A stretch of DNA of 11,206 bases from assembly GCA_034408725.1 (NCBI GenBank), contig JAWXCN010000259.1:1-11206 (forward strand). Reading direction: 5' to 3'. Below the pieces are notes generated by a model, which was given only the letters and a program-made list of their open reading frames with translations, was not told the origin of the DNA and did no database searches. Both the position numbers and the translations under genes were made by a program. Each line of letters opens with the position of its first letter. Positions within the stretch are counted from its first letter, which is position 1. Of the stretch, positions 7,651-11,206 are shown piece by piece. This stretch comes from Candidatus Hydrogenedentota bacterium. Its GTDB lineage: Bacteria; Hydrogenedentota; Hydrogenedentia; Hydrogenedentales; SLHB01.

Positions 7651-8712
7651 ATGCTGGCGCGGGTACGATCATGCGCGGTGCTTGGGGTGGACGCATATCC
7701 GCTTGTTGTCGAGGTCGATGTCCATCACGGCCTGTTTAAGTTCATCATGGTCGGGTTGGCCGATCTCGCCGTGAAAGAAAGCCGTGAACGCGTTGGCTCC
7801 GCCATCGTGAATTCGGGGTTCCGCTTTCATCCCGGCGTAATCGTGGTCAGCCTCGCGCCCGCCGACGTGCGCAAGGAAGGCAGTGCATACGACCTCCCCA
7901 TTGCCATTGGCCTTCTCGCGGCGACCGGCCAACTCAAGGGCGACGCCATTAACCACTACGCCCTCGCGGGGGAACTGGCGCTCGACGGCTCGTTGCGTCC
8001 CGTTGAAGGCGCGCTCACCATGGCCATTGCCGCGCGCGAGGAAAAGTGCAGAGGCATCATCCTCCCGGAGGCCAACGCGCAGGAAGCAGGCGTCGTTCCC
8101 GGCATTGATGTGATTCCCGTTTCCACCCTCGTCGAAGCCTGCGGTTTTCTGGCGGGTCGCATCGAAATCATGCCGTACAGAACTGACATAGACGCGGTCA
8201 TCGCACAAAGCCAGCGAACTATTCCTGATCTCACAGACGTCAAAGGACAAGCCGCGGTCAAGCGCGCGCTGACGATCGCCGCGGCGGGCGGACATAACCT
8301 CCTCATGATCGGACCGCCCGGCACCGGCAAGACCATGCTTGCGGCGCGTTTGCCGGGTATCCTTCCCGCGATGACGTTTGATGAAGCGCTCGAAACCACG
8401 CGCATCTACAGCGTCGCGAATGGTGTAAAGGAAAAGGGCAAACTCATCGTGCAACGCCCGTTTCGCGCTCCGCACCACACGGCAACAACAGTGTCCATCA
8501 GCGGAGGCGGGGCCGGCCAGGCGCCAACACCCGGTGAAGTCAGTCTCGCGCACCACGGCGTTCTGTTTCTCGATGAACTACCGGAGTTCAATCGCAGCGC
8601 GCTAGAAGTATTGCGCCAGCCGCTCGAAGAGGGTTTGGTCCATATCCGACGCGCGCAGTACGCTGTTACGTTTCCGAGCCGGTTCATGCTCGTCGTCGCG
8701 ATGAACCCTTGA
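7651..8712 (+). pseudogene. comM: ComM/YifB family Mg-chelatase-like AAA+ ATPase, 5' part only (353 aa), interrupted by an integrated element
   Basis: Motifs 'VKESRERV', '[18 protein letters not shown]', 'GELALDG', Walker A 'GPPGTGKT', 'RPFRAPHH', '[20 protein letters not shown]' and 'LRQPLEEG'. It ends at 'FMLVVAMNP*' where the family continues NPCPCG. Roughly 150 C-terminal residues are missing. Confidence 0.93.
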
Positions 8713-10204
8713 AGTTGCGTTGCCTTGTTGCCATCAATTCTGGAGAAACCGGAAGGTAGTGGAGGTTTATCGTCACATCGTCTTGGCCGATAACGATTTG
8801 CTCGGTGACGGTTTCGACGATTTGGCGTCGTTCTGGGCCGTTGAGTTTGATCCATCGGTCAGCCAAATTATTGGCTTCGTAGAGAACATGGTCTCTGGAG
8901 AGGAGATTGACCTTGAGGAAGTCGATATCGGCTTCCAGCTTGGGGATCTCATCCTTGATTTGATCTAGCCGATCTTGGAGGGGCTGATACCGGGCACCAA
9001 ACCCTTGGGTCGGGATTTGTCCATCGCGGTGTAGTTGGAAGAGGTGGTCTGTTTCCTGTTCGAGCTTTCGCCGTTCCTTCGCGAGAGAGGCCAGCAGCGC
9101 CTCTTGGTCGCGGACGGTCGTTCCGGCATCGGACACATACCGGTGGATATCATCGGGCGACAAGAGAAAGCCCTGGAGTTGGTCGTGGTAGATGCCTTCG
9201 AGATCAACGACGGGAATCTTGTTGCGGCACTTCTGACAAACATATTTTGGGGTGTTGGAAGGAACATACATTTTCTGCCCACACTGGCAGGACACGAGTC
9301 CGGCAAAAAGATGCACGGGCTTTTTCCCCGTCTTTTTCTTACTGCCCGCTTGAACCGCCAAAATAGTGTTGCACTCCTCCCAGAGTTGCTCCGAAACGAC
9401 GGCCTCTACCTCCGTGAGCACCCAATCGGATTCGGGCTTCAGTTCCCAGTGTTTTTTGTCGCCCAGACTTTTGGTGTAGTTGGCTCGGCGCACCCCTTTG
9501 GCGGTGGGATCGCGGAGTAGGCGGTCGATGGTGGTATCAGAAAACTTTCCGCCGTTACGGGTCCGATGACCGGCCTCGTTCAGTGCACGAGCAACAGTCT
9601 TTTTGCGCCGATGTTGAGTGAATAGCTCATAGATGAGGCGGCGAACGGGTGCTTCGTTAAGCTTAGGACGGAGTTGCCCATCACGCCATTCGTAGCCGAA
9701 TGGCGCTTGGCCGCCAAGTGGTTTACCCAGCCTTGCTCTGACGGGAACTGATGCCGCCACCCGTTCCGCGATTTCCTCGCGTTCCCACTGCGCCATAGCG
9801 GCAATCATGGTGTAGAACAAGCGGCCGGCGGGCGTTGACGTATCGATAGATTCTTGGAGCGAGATGAGGTCAGCATCGACCGAGCGGAAAAAATCTGCGA
9901 AGTCCAACAGTTCCCTGGTATTTCGGGCCAGGCGAGCTAGTTTTGAAAAGATAAGGCCAGTGATATGGCCACGCTTGATGTCCGCCAGCATTCGTTTGGT
10001 CTCCGGGTGGTCACTGACGGCCTTTCCGCTGACGCCTTCGAGGTGATAGACCTCAACCACATCCCAGGCCTTGGATTGAGCGTAATAGCGGGCACGCTGT
10101 TCGTGATGGGCCGGACTTTCGCCCTGGGCTTGATCCTCAGTTGATACCCGAATCCAGATTCCCACCCGCTTGGTGGAATGGCTGACAATATGCTTTCGAT
10201 TCAT
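8684..10204 (-). CDS. Large serine recombinase / integrase (resolvase catalytic domain, recombinase domain, Zn ribbon, coiled coil)
   Basis: Catalytic '[10 protein letters not shown]', 'EGVSG', '[10 protein letters not shown]', '[24 protein letters not shown]', 'GGQAPFGY', Zn ribbon 'CQCG…YVCQKC', and a coiled coil. Length is 506 aa, with a GGGAGA RBS upstream of ATG 10204. Confidence 0.95.
   Translation of the reverse strand: MNRKHIVSHSTKRVGIWIRVSTEDQAQGESPAHHEQRARYYAQSKAWDVVEVYHLEGVSGKAVSDHPETKRMLADIKRGHITGLIFSKLARLARNTRELLDFADFFRSVDADLISLQESIDTSTPAGRLFYTMIAAMAQWEREEIAERVAASVPVRARLGKPLGGQAPFGYEWRDGQLRPKLNEAPVRRLIYELFTQHRRKKTVARALNEAGHRTRNGGKFSDTTIDRLLRDPTAKGVRRANYTKSLGDKKHWELKPESDWVLTEVEAVVSEQLWEECNTILAVQAGSKKKTGKKPVHLFAGLVSCQCGQKMYVPSNTPKYVCQKCRNKIPVVDLEGIYHDQLQGFLLSPDDIHRYVSDAGTTVRDQEALLASLAKERRKLEQETDHLFQLHRDGQIPTQGFGARYQPLQDRLDQIKDEIPKLEADIDFLKVNLLSRDHVLYEANNLADRWIKLNGPERRQIVETVTEQIVIGQDDVTINLHYLPVSPELMATRQRNFKGSSRRRA
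8690..8730. other. Attachment junction (comM-derived half plus element-derived half) of the serine-integrase element; crossover probably within 8704-8711
   Basis: ComM similarity stops abruptly at …GCG ATG AAC CCT TG|A, at the 3' end of the integrase gene. The exact core dinucleotide cannot be determined from one junction. Confidence 0.75.
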
Positions 10205-10251
10205 GATTCGGTTCTCCCATGAGTACCGTCGTTATGCGCTCTTTTGATTGC

Positions 10252-10289
10252 ATTATACACCGACATCTTCTGCGGTGAAGCGCAGAAGA
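10252..10289 (-). promoter_or_regulatory. Candidate integrase promoter overlapped by a perfect 9-bp inverted repeat
   Basis: On the minus strand: TTCACC (10274-10279), 16-bp spacer, perfect TATAAT (10252-10257). The inverted repeat TCTTCTGCG-gtgaag-CGCAGAAGA spans 10266-10289. Confidence 0.5.
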
Positions 10290-10312
10290 AAACCCTGCTT
10301 GAAAGCAGGGCT
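10284..10312 (-). terminator. Rho-independent terminator of the hicBA operon
   Basis: The minus-strand hairpin CCCUGCU-UUCA-AGCAGGG is followed by UUUUCUUCU, about 15 nt after the hicA stop. Confidence 0.75.
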
Positions 10313-10325
10313 GGAATCGCCATAA

Positions 10326-10550
10326 CTAGAGCAATTTGCGAAACTGAGATTCGGTCAATCCCGCTTGTTTGATGATCGCCTTCATCAATGGACGCTTAAT
10401 GTCTTTGGCATGAATTGGGACGGGCAAACGACGTTTCGAGACGGGATGTTTAAGGATTAGATGGCTACCGGATTGAGTGTCTTCGACGAAACCGGCTTGT
10501 TTGAGAGCGGCTACGACTTCCCGGGGAGTAAGGGTTGGTAAACGGCTCAT
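10326..10550 (-). CDS. hicA: HicA family toxin (dsRBD-fold mRNA interferase)
   Basis: 74 aa with 'REVVAALKQAGF…QSGSHLILKHP…VPIH.KDI…LMKAIIKQAGL' and the conserved GSH. ATGA overlap with the hicB stop at 10547-10550. Confidence 0.92.
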   Translation of the reverse strand: MSRLPTLTPREVVAALKQAGFVEDTQSGSHLILKHPVSKRRLPVPIHAKDIKRPLMKAIIKQAGLTESQFRKLL

Positions 10551-10801
10551 GCACTCATCGGCACATTGACCCGATATGACACCGCCACTCCCGATTCCGG
10601 CTGCTCAACCGGTACTGGTTCGCCGCCTTTGACCAAGGATTCAACCCAAGCCTGGATTACGTCTGTGGCCATCATCAACGCCTCTTCAAGCGTCTCTCCT
10701 TGAGTGACGCAGCCTGGCAGGGCTGGTACCGTCACAAAAAAACCCCCGTCTTCAATCGGCTGTAAATTGACCGTATACGAAACAGTTCTAAGTGTTTCCA
10801 T
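10547..10801 (-). CDS. hicB: HicB family antitoxin (short form, partial RNase H fold, no obvious C-terminal DNA-binding domain)
   Basis: 84 aa with 'EDGGFFVTVPALPGCVTQGETLEEALMMATDVIQAWVE…GEPVP'. AAGGAG RBS at 10811-10816. Confidence 0.92.
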   Translation of the reverse strand: METLRTVSYTVNLQPIEDGGFFVTVPALPGCVTQGETLEEALMMATDVIQAWVESLVKGGEPVPVEQPESGVAVSYRVNVPMSA

Positions 10802-10834
10802 GACTTTTTTCTCCTTATCGACGATTCCTGAATT

Positions 10835-10862
10835 AGTATAACGTAATGCTTCCGTCCGTCAA
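10835..10862 (-). promoter_or_regulatory. Sigma70-type promoter of hicBA
   Basis: On the minus strand: TTGACG (10857-10862), 16-bp spacer, TATACT (10835-10840), upstream of the RBS. Confidence 0.65.
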
Positions 10863-10989
10863 GGAAACGGCGATAAGCACGGAGACGATGCCACTATGCC
10901 AGTCTGCGCACAGACCGCGATAAACGCATTTGTTTTCGGGAGTCGGCTCACTCTACGTTGTACGAAATCAGGCTCGCCAAACCGCTCAG

Positions 10990-11109
10990 CTACTGCACAA
11001 TTCCGACTTTGTGCTCCAGGCGCTTGATTTTCTGTCGATGGTCACCAATTTCCTCCGCAATGAAATCTAGTCGGCGCTCAACGGTGTCGAGCCGATGCTC
11101 CACGCGATC
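10990..11109 (-). pseudogene. 3' remnant of a small coiled-coil protein gene (DRVEHRLDTVERRLDFIAEEIGDHRQKIKRLEHKVGIVQ*), cut by the putative IS
   Basis: Hand translation shows clear heptad periodicity ending at TAG 10990-10992. The coil-like character stops at the TGT terminus at 11110. It is not in the supplied ORF track. Confidence 0.6.
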
Positions 11110-11206
11110 TGTAAACGCCGGTTGAGAAGTGCAGCGGGTGTAGTGGCGGTCGAGAAGTGAAGCGCCCTTGGTAGACTCCGTTTTTTTCGGGGCATGGTGC
11201 CCTGGA
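11110..11206 (+). mobile_element. Probable terminal (left) end of an IS21-family insertion sequence
   Basis: It begins 5'-TGTAAACGCC. Two 18-bp direct repeats follow: CGGTTGAGAAGTGCAGCG (11119-11136) and CGGTCGAGAAGTGAAGCG (11147-11164), 16/18 identical. An inward-facing extended -10 TGgTAGACT sits at 11169-11177. The transposase is not in the window. Confidence 0.65.

Larger units (their letters stand above)
8710..11206. mobile_element. comM-integrated genomic island/IME or prophage-like element (one end only; extends beyond the window)
   Basis: The truncated target gene is followed by a terminal serine integrase, a TA module and an IS end. Sequence style looks less CG-rich than the host genes (judged by eye, not computed). 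Confidence 0.85.

Noticed and set aside
7669-8556. 295-aa antisense ORF within comM, and similar antisense ORFs over rex, prpC and the integrase
   Set aside because: They mirror well-supported genes on the opposite strand and have no independent protein signature.
8710-8712. Selenocysteine or stop read-through at the comM TGA, which falls at a Cys position
   Set aside because: The downstream frame ([26 protein letters not shown]) has no ComM similarity beyond one Cys and is the antisense of the integrase. Insertion explains the stop better.
10863-10989. Possible ncRNA or origin of transfer between the hicB promoter and the coiled-coil remnant
   Set aside because: Only short 4-5 bp stems (for example GTCTG-cgca-CAGAC) and a weak GCGATAA repeat are present, which is not distinguishable from chance.

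Overview
Bacterial, GC-rich chromosomal window in which host genes give way to the end of an integrated mobile element. The host part carries a MASE1/multi-PAS hybrid histidine kinase (minus strand) divergent from a Rex-family repressor, followed by prpB and prpC of the methylcitrate cycle. Next is a four-helix-bundle (23S rRNA-IVP/Avd-like) 'suffix-domain' gene broken by a nonsense codon and a frameshift. It carries a 38-bp inverted array of 10-nt CACGGAC repeats inside its coding linker, with a further copy of the array upstream. A comM/YifB AAA+ gene is then cut exactly at its conserved MNP|CPCG motif by an element encoding a large serine recombinase. The recombinase reading frame crosses the attachment junction and takes its last residues and stop codon from the antisense strand of comM. 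Inside the element are a reversed-order hicBA toxin-antitoxin pair, a terminator/palindrome/promoter cassette in front of the integrase, and the 3' remnant of a coiled-coil gene cut by what looks like the left end of an IS21-family element at the window edge. All family calls come from motif recognition by eye, not from database searches.
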